63,356 nt of DNA from Chloroflexota bacterium (GCA_021802585.1 JAJZRQ010000007.1:1-63356), one strand, 5' to 3'; counted from the first letter of the stretch, positions 29,701 through 39,275 are shown. Notes: a model not told the origin generated them from the sequence alone. Program-made: numbers and translations.

Positions 29701-30350
29701 CGCGCTCCCGCCGGGGACCCCGGGAGCGACGCGATCCGGGCCTCGCTCACGCCGACGCTCCGGAGGAGGAGCGCGCGGAGCGTCGGGTACGCCTCCTCGA
29801 GGTGCCCGGGGTCGTCGGCGAGGAGCCATCGGGCGACGACCTCGTTGAGGGCGCCGAACCAGGCGACGCCGGTGACGGCCGTGTCGACCGGGGGGATCGA
29901 CCCGGCGGTGATCGCCTCGTCGAGGTATCCCGCGATCATCCGGGCGAAGCGGTCGTGGAGCGCGTTCGTCTCGGCGTTGAAGGCCCGGCCCGCGCCGAGC
30001 GCGTCGACGAACAGGAGCCGGGCCATCGTCCGGTGCCCGGCGAACGTGGCGAGCACGGCGCGGAGGGCCGCGTCGGCCTTCGCGATCGGGTCGTCCTCCG
30101 CGGCGACGGCCCGGTCGACCTTCGCCGCGAGGCGGTCCGCGGTCGTGCGCATGAGCTCGCGGAAGATCGCCTCCTTCGTCGCGAAGTGGAAGTAGACGCC
30201 CCCCTTCGACGTCTCGGCCGCGGCGGCGATGTCGTCCACCGCCGTCTCGCGGTAGCCGCGCCGGGCGAACGTGTGGAACGCGGCATCGAGGATCTGCTCG
30301 CGCCGCGTCCGGCTCTTCTCGGCCTGGGCCGTCGACCGTCGCTCCGTCAT
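29697..30350 (-). CDS. TetR/AcrR-family regulator, first gene of the men operon
   Basis: ILDAA...F...GY..T.VDDIA.AA.TSKGGVYFHF.TKE. Four-base overlap with menF. Confidence 0.93.
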   Translation of the reverse strand: MTERRSTAQAEKSRTRREQILDAAFHTFARRGYRETAVDDIAAAAETSKGGVYFHFATKEAIFRELMRTTADRLAAKVDRAVAAEDDPIAKADAALRAVLATFAGHRTMARLLFVDALGAGRAFNAETNALHDRFARMIAGYLDEAITAGSIPPVDTAVTGVAWFGALNEVVARWLLADDPGHLEEAYPTLRALLLRSVGVSEARIASLPGSPAGAR

Positions 30351-30416
30351 CGCTCGTCCCGCCTCGGGCCGGCTCCGGGCTCGTCTGTCGAGCCTCCGCG
30401 CCGGACCACCTCACAA

Positions 30417-30446
30417 ACCGACCGGTCGGTCGGTTCGCCCATCATA
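30417..30446 (-). promoter_or_regulatory. Putative TetR operator and -10 box of the tetR-men operon
   Basis: Perfect 14-bp palindrome ACCGACCGGTCGGT (30417-30430), just downstream of a minus-strand TATGAT (30441-30446). Confidence 0.7.
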
Positions 30447-31788
30447 CGCGGTCGGCGTGCCGGGCCCGCGTCGCGGCCGGTTCGGGATGGGCCCGCGCCG
30501 GCATCTCGAGGACGAACCGCGCCCCGCCGCCCGGGCCGTCGCCGACGGTGAGCGTGCCGGCGTGGAGCTCGACGAGGCGCCGGGCGATCGCCAGGCCGAG
30601 GCCGCTCCCCGCGTCGGCGCGCGAGCGCGACGCGGGCATCCGGGCGAACGGCTCGAAGACCTTCTCCCGCATCGCCGGCGGGACCCCCGGGCCTTCGTCG
30701 AGGACCTCGATCCGCGCCCGGTCGCGGGGGGCCCGAGCCGCGGCGACCGTCACGGTGCCGCCCGGCGGGGAGTGTCGGAACGCGTTGTCGAGGAGGATGA
30801 GGAGGACCTGGAGGAGACGGTCCTCGTCACCGAGAACGGCGACCGCCGGCTCGGCCGGGCCGGGGCCGGCGAGACGCAGCCCGCGCTCGTCGGCGAGCGG
30901 CGTGGCCCGCCGCACGGCGGTCCGGGCGAGCCCGACGAGGTCGAGGGGAGCCGTCTCGACCGCGAGCGTCCCGCGCTCCGAAGCGGCGAGGGCGAGGAGG
31001 TCCTCGACGAGCCGGCCGAGGCGGTCGGCCTCGCCGACGATGTCGTCGACGAGGGGCCGGCCCGGCGCGGCCACGAGCTCCTCGCGCTGGAGGATCTCGG
31101 CCGACGAGCGGATGAGGGCCGCGGGGGTCCGGATCTCGTGGGAGGCGTCGGCGACGAACCGCCGCTCCGTGTCGAACGCCGCCCGGATCGGGACGAGGGC
31201 GCGCCCGGTGATCCACAGGGTGGCGAGCCCGGCGCCGGCGAGGCCCAGGAGCCCGACGAGGACGATCCCGAGGACGAGCCCCTGGGCCTGGCGGTCCCGG
31301 AGCGTGAGGACGATCCCCGTCTGGAGCCAGCCCGTCGTCGCCCGGTCTTCGGCGACCGGCAGGGTGAGGAGCCGGACCCGCGTCCCGCCGAGGTCGACCG
31401 TCCGCAGGTCGCGGCCCGCCGTCCGCGCGGCGACGACGGCCGCGACGTCGGGCAGGCTCGCGAGCGCGATCCCGGAGGGGTTCGCCACGAGCGACCCCGA
31501 CGCGTCGAGGACGAGGAAGAACGTGTCCGCCGCCTGCGGCTCGCGGATCTCGGCCGCCTCGCCGCCGTCCGACGGGGTCTCGCCGCCGAGACGCCCGAGG
31601 TACGCCGTCGCGGCCGCCTGGAGGGCGCGGTCGACCTCCTGGTCGAGGATCGAGGTCCCGATGAGGGCGGTCGCGGCGCCGAGGGCGAGGACGAGGGCGC
31701 CGACGACGACGAGCGTGCCGAGGGCGAGGCGGCGGCGCGTCCGGGCGAGGAGGGAGGCCCCCGGGGCGGCGCCGCCCGGTGCCGTCAC
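30442..31788 (-). CDS. Two-component sensor histidine kinase
   Basis: Two TM helices, RRFVADASHEIRTP H-box, LLDNA N-box, DEGPG, GSGLGLAI. GTG 31788. Confidence 0.93.
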   Translation of the reverse strand: MTAPGGAAPGASLLARTRRRLALGTLVVVGALVLALGAATALIGTSILDQEVDRALQAAATAYLGRLGGETPSDGGEAAEIREPQAADTFFLVLDASGSLVANPSGIALASLPDVAAVVAARTAGRDLRTVDLGGTRVRLLTLPVAEDRATTGWLQTGIVLTLRDRQAQGLVLGIVLVGLLGLAGAGLATLWITGRALVPIRAAFDTERRFVADASHEIRTPAALIRSSAEILQREELVAAPGRPLVDDIVGEADRLGRLVEDLLALAASERGTLAVETAPLDLVGLARTAVRRATPLADERGLRLAGPGPAEPAVAVLGDEDRLLQVLLILLDNAFRHSPPGGTVTVAAARAPRDRARIEVLDEGPGVPPAMREKVFEPFARMPASRSRADAGSGLGLAIARRLVELHAGTLTVGDGPGGGARFVLEMPARAHPEPAATRARHADRV

Positions 31789-32465
31789 GGCGGGCCGACC
31801 CGGAGCGCGTACCCGACGCCCCGGACGGTGCGCACGATCCCCTCCCGCCCGAGCTCGGCGAGCTTGCGCCGGACGTAGCTGACGTAGAGGTCGACGACGT
31901 TCGTGTAGACGTCCGGCTCGGCGCCCCAGACCGCGTCGAGGACCTGCTGGCGGGTCACGACCCGGCCCTCGTGCCGGATGAGGTACGCGAGGAGGGCGAA
32001 CTCGCGGGCCGAGAGGTCCACGGACCGCGCCCCGACGCGGGCGACGTGGCGCTCCTGGTCGAGCTCGAGGTCGCCGGCCGCGAGGGTGCCGGGGGCGGCG
32101 GCGACCGGCCGCCGACCGAGGGCCCGGATGCGGGCGAGGAGCTCGGAGAACGCGAACGGCTTGCCGAGGTAGTCGTCGGCGCCGGCGTCGAGGCCGGCCA
32201 CCCGCTCGTCCACGCCGCCGAGGGCGGTGAGCATGAGCGCCGGCGTCGCGACGCCCCGCGACCGGAGGATCCGGAGGAGCTCGAGGCCCTCGAGGTCGGG
32301 GAGCATCCGATCGAGGACGAGGACGTCGTAGGGCTCGGTGCCGGCCGCGAGCGCGAGCGCGCTCACGCCGTCGGGCGCGAGATCGACCGCGTGGTGCTCC
32401 GCCGCGAGGACACGGCGCACCAGCTCCGCCATCCGGGGCTCGTCTTCGACCACGAGGATCCGCAT
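31785..32465 (-). CDS. OmpR/PhoB-family response regulator
   Basis: MRILVVEDE, LDRMLP, GADDYL.KPF, LSAREF.LL, NVVD.YVSY.RRKL, TVRGVGY. Confidence 0.95.
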   Translation of the reverse strand: MRILVVEDEPRMAELVRRVLAAEHHAVDLAPDGVSALALAAGTEPYDVLVLDRMLPDLEGLELLRILRSRGVATPALMLTALGGVDERVAGLDAGADDYLGKPFAFSELLARIRALGRRPVAAAPGTLAAGDLELDQERHVARVGARSVDLSAREFALLAYLIRHEGRVVTRQQVLDAVWGAEPDVYTNVVDLYVSYVRRKLAELGREGIVRTVRGVGYALRVGPP

Positions 32466-32527
32466 GCGACCATCCTCGGGGCGAGCGCCGGGCGCCGTCA
32501 ACGGCCGGAGGGCGTTCCTGTGAGAAC

Positions 32528-32545
32528 GCACATCTGGGGCACATC
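32528..32545. promoter_or_regulatory. OmpR-type tandem direct repeat between the divergent two-component and apbE operons
   Basis: GCACATC at 32528 and 32539, an 11-bp period. Confidence 0.5.
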
Positions 32546-32621
32546 CGCGCTCCGGGGCGGGGCCGCGACACTGCCGCTGTCGAACCCTCCGCGGGCGATC
32601 GCCCGCCGCACCGGAGCCTCC

Positions 32622-32951
32622 ATGGAACTCCAGCCGACCCGGCGCCCGGCTCCCCGGGCCAGCCGCCCCGGCCTCCTCGCCGCGGCCCTCGCGGCCGCCG
32701 GCACGCTCGTCGCCGCGATTGCCGTCGCGGGCCTCCCGGCTTCGCCGGCCGCCAGCGCGATCGCCCTGGGCGCCACCGCCGACCCGGCGCCGGCCGGACG
32801 GATCGTCGTCGACACCGTCTACGTCGTGACGCCCGAGCGTGCGGCGGTCCCTGCGGCCGTATCCGTCCCGCTCGCGGGCCCGGCCCTCGCGGCCGCCGGC
32901 GCGGAGGTCGAGCGCGACGGCGGCGCCGAGACCGCGACGGGAGACGACTGA
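32622..32951 (+). CDS. Small membrane-anchored Ala/Pro-rich hypothetical protein
   Basis: GGAG then ATG 32622, one hydrophobic helix, acidic tail. First gene of the apbE operon. Confidence 0.6.
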   Translation: MELQPTRRPAPRASRPGLLAAALAAAGTLVAAIAVAGLPASPAASAIALGATADPAPAGRIVVDTVYVVTPERAAVPAAVSVPLAGPALAAAGAEVERDGGAETATGDD

Positions 32952-32952
32952 G

Positions 32953-33546
32953 ATGGCCCTCCGCGACGACCGCCGCGCCCGCCGGCCGGCCGGACCCGCC
33001 CGCGCCACCCCGCCAGCGAACCCGCTCGCGACGTGGAGCGAGCCGACGGGGCCCGGCCGCCCCGGGACGACGACGAGGGCCGCGGCCCTCGCCCGCGGCG
33101 GGATGCCGGCCGCGGTCCCGGGCGTCCGCCGGAGTGGGCCGCCCCCGACCGGGCGCCCCGCAGCGCCGGTTCGCGCGGGCACGCCCGGCTCCTCCGCCCC
33201 GCGGCGGCGGCCCGACCCCCGCCCGATGCGGCTCGCGATCGGCGCGAGCGGCGCCGCGACGCTCTCCGCGCTCGTCGCGCTCATCGCCGGGACCGCGGTG
33301 CCGGCGACGGCAGCCGCCCCGCCCGCCGCGCCGACCGGCGCCGGGGCGGGGGCCGCCGCATCGGCCCGCCACGTCACCCGGTACGTGACCCTCGCCCCCG
33401 GCCAGGCCCCGCCCGCCGGCGCCGCCGCGACGTCGCGGCCGGCCGTGCCGGCCGCGACCCCCAGACCGACGGTCGCCGTGCCGGTCGCGCCGCCCCAGCC
33501 GCGCCCGCAGCCGGTCGTCGTCTCGAGCCAGTCCGGCGCCCCGTAG
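32953..33546 (+). CDS. Membrane-anchored Pro/Ala-rich protein ending PVVVSSQSGAP (candidate ApbE substrate)
   Basis: Tightly packed between neighbours. TM segment IGASGAATLSALVALIA followed by a long Pro/Ala linker. Confidence 0.6.
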   Translation: MALRDDRRARRPAGPARATPPANPLATWSEPTGPGRPGTTTRAAALARGGMPAAVPGVRRSGPPPTGRPAAPVRAGTPGSSAPRRRPDPRPMRLAIGASGAATLSALVALIAGTAVPATAAAPPAAPTGAGAGAAASARHVTRYVTLAPGQAPPAGAAATSRPAVPAATPRPTVAVPVAPPQPRPQPVVVSSQSGAP

Positions 33547-34581
33547 GTGGCCGCCGGCACCCGGGCGGCGGCCGCCGCTCCCCCGGCCGCTCGCGCCGAC
33601 TCCGCCCCGCTCGTCCGCTCGAGCCACCGCGGCCGCGCGATGGGGGGCCGGCTCGGGATCCACCTGGCCCTCGACGCCGCGGAGGGCCTGCCCCGCCGGG
33701 CGCGCCACGACGCCGTGCTCGTCGAGCGCCGGGTCGTGGCCTGGGCGCGCATCCTCACGCGCCACGACCCGGCGTCGGCGCTCATGCGCCTCAACGTCGA
33801 CCCGCGCGACCCGGCCCCGGTCGGACCGACGCTCGCCGCCGTCCTCGCGTGGGCCGCGGACGCCGAGGCGATGACCGGGGGGATCGTCGACGTCACGCGG
33901 CTCGAGGAACGGCTCGCGGTCGAGACGACCGCGACGGGCGGGCACGCCGCGCCGGGCGGGCACGCAGATCCCGTGGCGGCCGGGGCGGGGCCGGCGGGAG
34001 CAGACCCGCGCGGCTGGCGCATCGCCGACGGCACGCGCCGGCGGGCACTCGTGAGCCGCACGGACGGCGTCCGCTTCGACCTCGACGGCGTGGCCAAGGG
34101 ATGGCTCGCCGACCGCGCCCTCCGGCTCCTCCGCCGGTACCCGGGCGCCGTCGTCGACGCCGACGGCGATGTCGCGGTCCGGGTGGCGCCGGGCGACCGC
34201 TGGGAGGTGGGGGTGGCCGACCCGCGGGCCGAGGGAGCCCTCCTCGCCGTCCTCGTCCTCGACGACGGGCCCGGGTCGCCGGGGCGCGGTCGACGCCGCT
34301 GGGGTGTCGCGACGTCGGGGACGACCGTCCACCGCTTCGGGCGGGGCGCCCATCACCTCATCGACCCGCGGACCGGGCGGCCGGCGGCGACGGATGTCGT
34401 CCAGGCCACGGTCCTCGCGTCCGGGGCGGCCGTCGCCGAGGCATTCGCGAAGACCGCCGTCATCCTCGGCTCGGCGGCCGGCCTCGACTTCCTCGATCGC
34501 GCCGGCGTCGCCGGCGCGATCCTCCTCCTCGAGGACGACCGCGTCCTCGCCCTCCCCCGGACCATGGAGTTCCTCGGATGA
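33547..34581 (+). CDS. apbE: FAD:protein FMN transferase (ApbE)
   Basis: AMG, S.LMRLN, T.G..D.T, DLDGVAKGW.AD, DADGD, GVATSG, HHLIDPRTG.PA.TDV.QATV, AEAFAK. Confidence 0.92.
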   Translation: MAAGTRAAAAAPPAARADSAPLVRSSHRGRAMGGRLGIHLALDAAEGLPRRARHDAVLVERRVVAWARILTRHDPASALMRLNVDPRDPAPVGPTLAAVLAWAADAEAMTGGIVDVTRLEERLAVETTATGGHAAPGGHADPVAAGAGPAGADPRGWRIADGTRRRALVSRTDGVRFDLDGVAKGWLADRALRLLRRYPGAVVDADGDVAVRVAPGDRWEVGVADPRAEGALLAVLVLDDGPGSPGRGRRRWGVATSGTTVHRFGRGAHHLIDPRTGRPAATDVVQATVLASGAAVAEAFAKTAVILGSAAGLDFLDRAGVAGAILLLEDDRVLALPRTMEFLG

Positions 34582-35312
34582 CCTATCGGGGCCTCGACCC
34601 CCGCACCCGCCTCGTGCGCTGGGGCCTCTTCGGCATCGTCGTCGCCGCCGTCCTCGCGGTGACGCTCCCGGCGGCCGCCGGCGCGCTCCTCCGCGTCGCC
34701 CAGGTCGCCCCGGACCGGCTCCCCTGGGTCGGGACGCGGCTCCTCGGGTTCCTTTCGTACTTCGCGATCGCCGGGTCGGTCGTCTACGGCCTCCTCCTCT
34801 CCACGAAGGTCCTCGACGCGATCGCCCACCGGCCGGTGAGCTTCGCCCTCCACCAGGACCTCTCGGCGATCGGGCTCGGGCTCGCCGGCGTCCACGTCGC
34901 CCTCCTCGGCCTCGACGGGAAGGTCCCCTTCACGCTCGCCGAGATGGTCGTCCCGTTCGCCGCCCCGTACCGGCCCCTGTGGGTCGGCGTCGGCCAGCTC
35001 ACCCTCTACGTCCTGGCGATCGTCTACGCCAGCTTCCACGTCCGCCGGCAGATCGGCCAGCGGGCCTGGCGGACGCTCCACTACGTGACGTTCCTCGCCT
35101 TCGCCGGGTCGACGGCCCACGGCGTCCTCACCGGCTCCGACAGCGGCACCGCGTGGGCCTGGTGGAGCTACGTCGTCGCCACCGCCCTCGTCCTCGCGCT
35201 CACGGCGTACCGCGTCGTCCAGGCCCTGGAGGCCCGCCGCGGGGCGCCGGTCCCGCCGCTCCCCGCTCGGGCCCCGCGCGGCCCGCTCGACCTCCGCACG
35301 CCCGGGCGCTGA
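34578..35312 (+). CDS. Ferric reductase-like (MsrQ-like) transmembrane heme protein
   Basis: W...R..G, LHQ.LS, VH, VPF...YRPLWVG.G, RR.IG.R.WR.LHY..F.AF....HG...GSD: four His in TM helices. Confidence 0.88.
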   Translation: MTYRGLDPRTRLVRWGLFGIVVAAVLAVTLPAAAGALLRVAQVAPDRLPWVGTRLLGFLSYFAIAGSVVYGLLLSTKVLDAIAHRPVSFALHQDLSAIGLGLAGVHVALLGLDGKVPFTLAEMVVPFAAPYRPLWVGVGQLTLYVLAIVYASFHVRRQIGQRAWRTLHYVTFLAFAGSTAHGVLTGSDSGTAWAWWSYVVATALVLALTAYRVVQALEARRGAPVPPLPARAPRGPLDLRTPGR

Positions 35313-35449
35313 CGAGGCGCCCGCCGGCAGCCGGCGGCGGCTACCCGCTCCGCAGCTCCCCGGGGGTCCGGGCACGACCGTCGGGAGGCATTCGTCCCAC
35401 CCGAACGCGAGCGCCCCGCCGGACGAGGCGGCGGTCATCGCCTCACATC

Positions 35450-36550
35450 CTAGCCTCCCGGCGGAGTCGGGAATGACCCGCACGCGTCGAGGAGTGCCGG
35501 CGGGAGGAGCGCGCGGTACGTCTCCCGCGTCACGAGCGTCCCCGGCACGAGCGTCTCCGCCGGGAGGGCGACCCCGCGGACGGCCGCGTTCCACAGGAGG
35601 GCCGCGGCGTTCGCGCCGACCTCGCCGTCCGCGACGAGGAGGCTCGCCCGGAATCCGGTCGGCGCGCCGGCCGCCCAGGCCCGGCAGGCGAGGTCCGCCC
35701 CGATCCCGACGCCGATCGCGTCGTCCGGCCCGACGTTCGCCGCGGCGAGCGCCCCGAGTGCTCCCGCGACGCCGGCGTCGTCGCAGCCGACCGCGACCCA
35801 GCGAGCCAGCTGGGGGTTCCCGGCGACGACCGGCAGGGCGGCGTCGCGCGCCGACGCGACCTGGCCGGAGTACGGGACCGCGAGGATGTTCGACGGGAGG
35901 ACCCCGGCGGCGACGAGGCGTGCCTGCGCCGCGCCGGTCCGCGCCGCGCAGGCCGCGACCCCCGGGACCGCGAGCGCGAGGACGCCGACGCGCCGGGCCT
36001 CCCAGCCGCTCGTCGCGAGGAGCCGGGCCGCGGCATCCCCGGCGGCCGCGCCGAGGCGCCCGTCGTCGAACCCGACGAACGGGACCGGCGCCCCGCCGCC
36101 GGCGTCGATCCGGGCGCCGGTCGCGACGAGGGCGACCCCGGCCTCGGTGGCGAGGCGGGCGACGGCCGGCCCGACGGCCGCGTCGGGCGCGTCGACGGCG
36201 ATCCCCCGGGCCCCGGCGGCGATCGCCTCGCCGACGAGGAGGACCGTCCGCCGCGGATCGTGACCGGCGTCGAGGATCCGGGCGGTGCCGCCGAGGGCCG
36301 CCGCTCGATCGACGAAGCCGGCGGCCGTCTCGCCTGCGCCGGGGTCGTCCGCCGACGCCTGGATCGCGACGAGGAGCGGCGCGCCGGGAGGAGCCGACAC
36401 CCCCGGGCCGGACGCCGGCGATCCCCCCTCAGGCGATCCCGTGGCGGCCGTGGGGCCTGGCGACGGGGCGCCGCCGCAGGCGGCCAGGACGATGGCGAGG
36501 GCGGCGCCGAGGGAGGCGGGGCCGAGCCGGACGCGGGCGCGTGTCGTCAC
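35450..36550 (-). CDS. Orphan periplasmic sugar-binding lipoprotein, AraF-like and divergent
   Basis: Lipobox LAAC. The GARGIAV..PD..VGP, P.VPFVG, NP....W..VG.DD.GV.G and D.IGVGIG pattern resembles L-arabinose-binding proteins. GTG 36550. Confidence 0.7.
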   Translation of the reverse strand: MTTRARVRLGPASLGAALAIVLAACGGAPSPGPTAATGSPEGGSPASGPGVSAPPGAPLLVAIQASADDPGAGETAAGFVDRAAALGGTARILDAGHDPRRTVLLVGEAIAAGARGIAVDAPDAAVGPAVARLATEAGVALVATGARIDAGGGAPVPFVGFDDGRLGAAAGDAAARLLATSGWEARRVGVLALAVPGVAACAARTGAAQARLVAAGVLPSNILAVPYSGQVASARDAALPVVAGNPQLARWVAVGCDDAGVAGALGALAAANVGPDDAIGVGIGADLACRAWAAGAPTGFRASLLVADGEVGANAAALLWNAAVRGVALPAETLVPGTLVTRETYRALLPPALLDACGSFPTPPGG

Positions 36551-36745
36551 GGGATGATCGTACGGCGGGCCCGCGTGCCGGCGGGCCGGTGGGCCGGTGG
36601 CGGCCGGCCACCGTGCGGGCCGGTGGGCCCGTGACCGGGGGCCGCTTCTCCCCTTCCGCCCGTGTGCCGCATCTGCGACGATCGCGGCGAGGCACCCGCG
36701 TCGCGTCCCGGGGCCCGTGCCGAGCCGGACGCGCCGCTCGAGGGA

Positions 36746-37465
36746 ATGAGCATGAAGGTCGCGGACGTCATGACCCGCAGCGTCGTTGCCGTGGGCCCCG
36801 GGACGCCGCTCAAGGACGTGGCGGCGCTCATGGTCGACCGCGGGATCAGCGGGGTCCCGGTCGCCGACGCCGCGGGCGCCGTCCTCGGCGTCGTCTCCGA
36901 GGCCGACTTCCTCATCAAGGAGCGCGGCGCGGGGGCGGCCCGGCCGCGGCTCCTCGCCCGCCTCCTCGGCGGCGGCCGCCGGACGAAGGCGGAGATCGCG
37001 AAGATCGAGGCGACGACCGCCGGCGAGGCGATGACGAGCCCCGCGATCACGATCGACGCGGACGAGACCCTCCAGGCCGCGGCGGAGCGGATGACTGACC
37101 GCCGCGTCAACCGGCTGCCGGTCGTCGACGACGGGCGGCTCGTCGGGATCGTCACCCGCGCCGACGTCGTCCGGGCCTTCGTCCGCCCCGACGCGGAGCT
37201 CGCGCGCCTGGTCCGCGAGGAGGTCCTCGCGAAGGCCGCCTTCGGGCTCGAGCCGGAGGCGTTCGCCGTCGCGGTCCGGGCCGGGGTCGTGGAGCTCACG
37301 GGGTGGGTCGAGCGCCGCTCGCTCGCCGACACGATCCTCGCCGAGATCCGCGACCTCGGGGGCGTCGTCGGCGTCGATCCGCACCTCTCCTGGGAGATCG
37401 ACGACGTCGAGGGGCCCGCGCCGGGCTCCGACCCCGACGTCCTCATGACCCTCCGGCCGCACTGA
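36746..37465 (+). CDS. CBS-pair plus BON domain protein (paralogue of 15651-16358)
   Basis: MKVADVMT, ISGVPV.D, GVVSEAD, VNRLPVVD.GRLVGIVTRADVV, GVVELTG.V. Confidence 0.9.
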   Translation: MSMKVADVMTRSVVAVGPGTPLKDVAALMVDRGISGVPVADAAGAVLGVVSEADFLIKERGAGAARPRLLARLLGGGRRTKAEIAKIEATTAGEAMTSPAITIDADETLQAAAERMTDRRVNRLPVVDDGRLVGIVTRADVVRAFVRPDAELARLVREEVLAKAAFGLEPEAFAVAVRAGVVELTGWVERRSLADTILAEIRDLGGVVGVDPHLSWEIDDVEGPAPGSDPDVLMTLRPH

Positions 37466-37535
37466 CCGCGGGCCCGCCGGACGGCGCGAGCGAGCACCGG
37501 CGCGGGACCCCGGGGGACCCGGACCGCGGCCCCGC

Positions 37536-39176
37536 CTACGGCGTGACGGGCGTGGGCTCGGGCGCGGGCGGGGTGGCGGGCGCGGGCGTCGCCTCGGCCG
37601 GCGGCGACGCAGCGGTCGGGGCGGGAGTCGCCTCGCCGCCGGGCCCCGGCGTGGCCGACGGCGCCGGCGGGGCCGTCGACTCCGGCGTCGGCTTCGGCGT
37701 CGGCTTCGGCGTCGGCGCCGGGAGGCACGAGGAGACGCCACTCCCCGACGCCGACGAGGCGACGGGCTTCGGCGCGAGGTACTTCGCCGCGGGCGGCGTC
37801 CCTGGGGCCGGGAAGAGCGCTTCGGCGAGCCCGCGGATCGCCGGGAAGTTCCCGACGAGGATGTAGCCCCGGGCGTCGTAGCCCGACCGGATGTAGCTCG
37901 CCCCGATGACGACCGCGCGATACGTGCTCGACCGGTCGACGGTCCGGGCGTACTCCACGAGCGTCGCCACGAGGCTCCGCGGGATGTTCGTCTCGACCGT
38001 CTGGCCCATCGCCGCGAGGAAGCCCAGGGGGTCGGCGAGGAAGCCGCCGCTCACGACCCGGTCGCGGATCCCCGAGAGGACCTCCTGCTGGCGGGCCTGG
38101 CGGGTGAAGTCCGATTCGCCCGCGGCCTTTCGCACGCGGGCGTACGCGAGTGCCTGGTTCCCGTTCAGCCTGTGGCGCCCGGCGGTGATCGCGAACCCGT
38201 TCGTGAAGCCGTACTCGTGGTACGTCGGGTCGCAGAACGCGCGGGCGACGTTCACCTCGATGCCGCCGAGGGCGTTGACGACCGCCACGAAGCCCCCCAG
38301 GTTCACCTGCGCGTAGTAGTCGATCCGGAGGCCCGTCATCTCGGAGATCGCGGCGAGGAGGACGTCATGGCCGTCGCCGCTCGAGCCCGGGAACTCGGCC
38401 GGGTTCCGGCGGGCGTACGAGAGGAGCGAGTTGACCTTGCCGGAGAACGTCCTGCCGCCAGGGAGCGGGACGTCGACGAGGTCGCGGGGGAAGGAGAGGA
38501 GCGAGACCGTGCCGCCGACCGGATCGAGCGAGGCGACGATCATCGTGTCGGTGAGGAACGTCCGCCGGCCGACGCCCGCGTCGACGCCGATGAGGAGGAC
38601 GTTGATCCGGCCCACGGCCGGGGTCGCGGTCGGCGCGGCGGTCGCGACGGGCGACGCGGCGGGGAGGCCGGCACCCTGCGACGGGGATGGCGTCTCGCTC
38701 GGGATCCAGGCGCCGGACCCGGGCCCGCCGACGAAGACTGCATCGGCGCTCTCTCGCGCGGCCTGGGTGACGTACCCCGCGTAGGCCTGCGGGGCCGCGA
38801 CGAGGAGGACGAGGGCCGCCACCGGCACGGCGTCCCGGAGCCGGAGGCGCGGCAGCCGGGGGTCGGTGAGGGCGGACCCGAGAGCGACGAGGCGCCAGGC
38901 GAGGAGCGCCCCCTGGAGGACGATGAGCGCCAGGAGGACCCTGTCGTCGAGGACGAAGCCGAGGAGCCGGTCGGCGGACGTCGCGGCGACGAGGCCGGCG
39001 GCCATCGCGGCGACGAGGACGAGGGGAAGGCCGAAGAGCGCCGCGAGGCGGGGCCGCCCGGCGACGAGGTGGCCGAGCCCCGGCACGATCGCCGTGAGGA
39101 GCGCCGGCAGGTAGCGGCCACGGGCGATGTGCGGGCGATCCGGCCCGCTGGAGGCCGTCGACGGTGTGCCGATCAC
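37536..39176 (-). CDS. LytR-CpsA-Psr (LCP) family cell-wall glycopolymer ligase
   Basis: TM N-terminus, INVLLIGVD, TDTMIV, LLSFPRDL, IDYYA.VNL.GF, ALAYARVR...SDF.R.ARQQ. Pro/Thr-rich tail. Confidence 0.93.
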   Translation of the reverse strand: MIGTPSTASSGPDRPHIARGRYLPALLTAIVPGLGHLVAGRPRLAALFGLPLVLVAAMAAGLVAATSADRLLGFVLDDRVLLALIVLQGALLAWRLVALGSALTDPRLPRLRLRDAVPVAALVLLVAAPQAYAGYVTQAARESADAVFVGGPGSGAWIPSETPSPSQGAGLPAASPVATAAPTATPAVGRINVLLIGVDAGVGRRTFLTDTMIVASLDPVGGTVSLLSFPRDLVDVPLPGGRTFSGKVNSLLSYARRNPAEFPGSSGDGHDVLLAAISEMTGLRIDYYAQVNLGGFVAVVNALGGIEVNVARAFCDPTYHEYGFTNGFAITAGRHRLNGNQALAYARVRKAAGESDFTRQARQQEVLSGIRDRVVSGGFLADPLGFLAAMGQTVETNIPRSLVATLVEYARTVDRSSTYRAVVIGASYIRSGYDARGYILVGNFPAIRGLAEALFPAPGTPPAAKYLAPKPVASSASGSGVSSCLPAPTPKPTPKPTPESTAPPAPSATPGPGGEATPAPTAASPPAEATPAPATPPAPEPTPVTP

Positions 39177-39275
39177 GGGGCGAGAGCCTAGCAGAAGCCC
39201 GCCGATCCGCCCACGGCGCTGTCCCGCCGGCGCCCCTCCCCCGCCGGCCGACGACCAGGTGGCGCAGACCGGCGT

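Noticed and set aside
20542-34356. Very long overlapping Arg/Pro/Ala-rich ORFs (e.g. 20542-23907, 25644-28394, the 5' part of 30442-34356)
   Set aside because: These are shadow frames of real genes caused by stop-codon scarcity at extreme GC, and have no family motifs. The same applies to 48651-52082 and 48893-52132.
15651-37465. Two CBS-BON paralogues as a recent duplication or island boundary repeat
   Set aside because: The proteins are clearly diverged and their flanks are unrelated. Multiple copies are common in such genomes.
37540-37720. Short repeats (GGCTTCGGCGTC etc.) at the LCP 3' end
   Set aside because: They encode an ordinary Pro/Thr-rich linker (PTPKPTPK).
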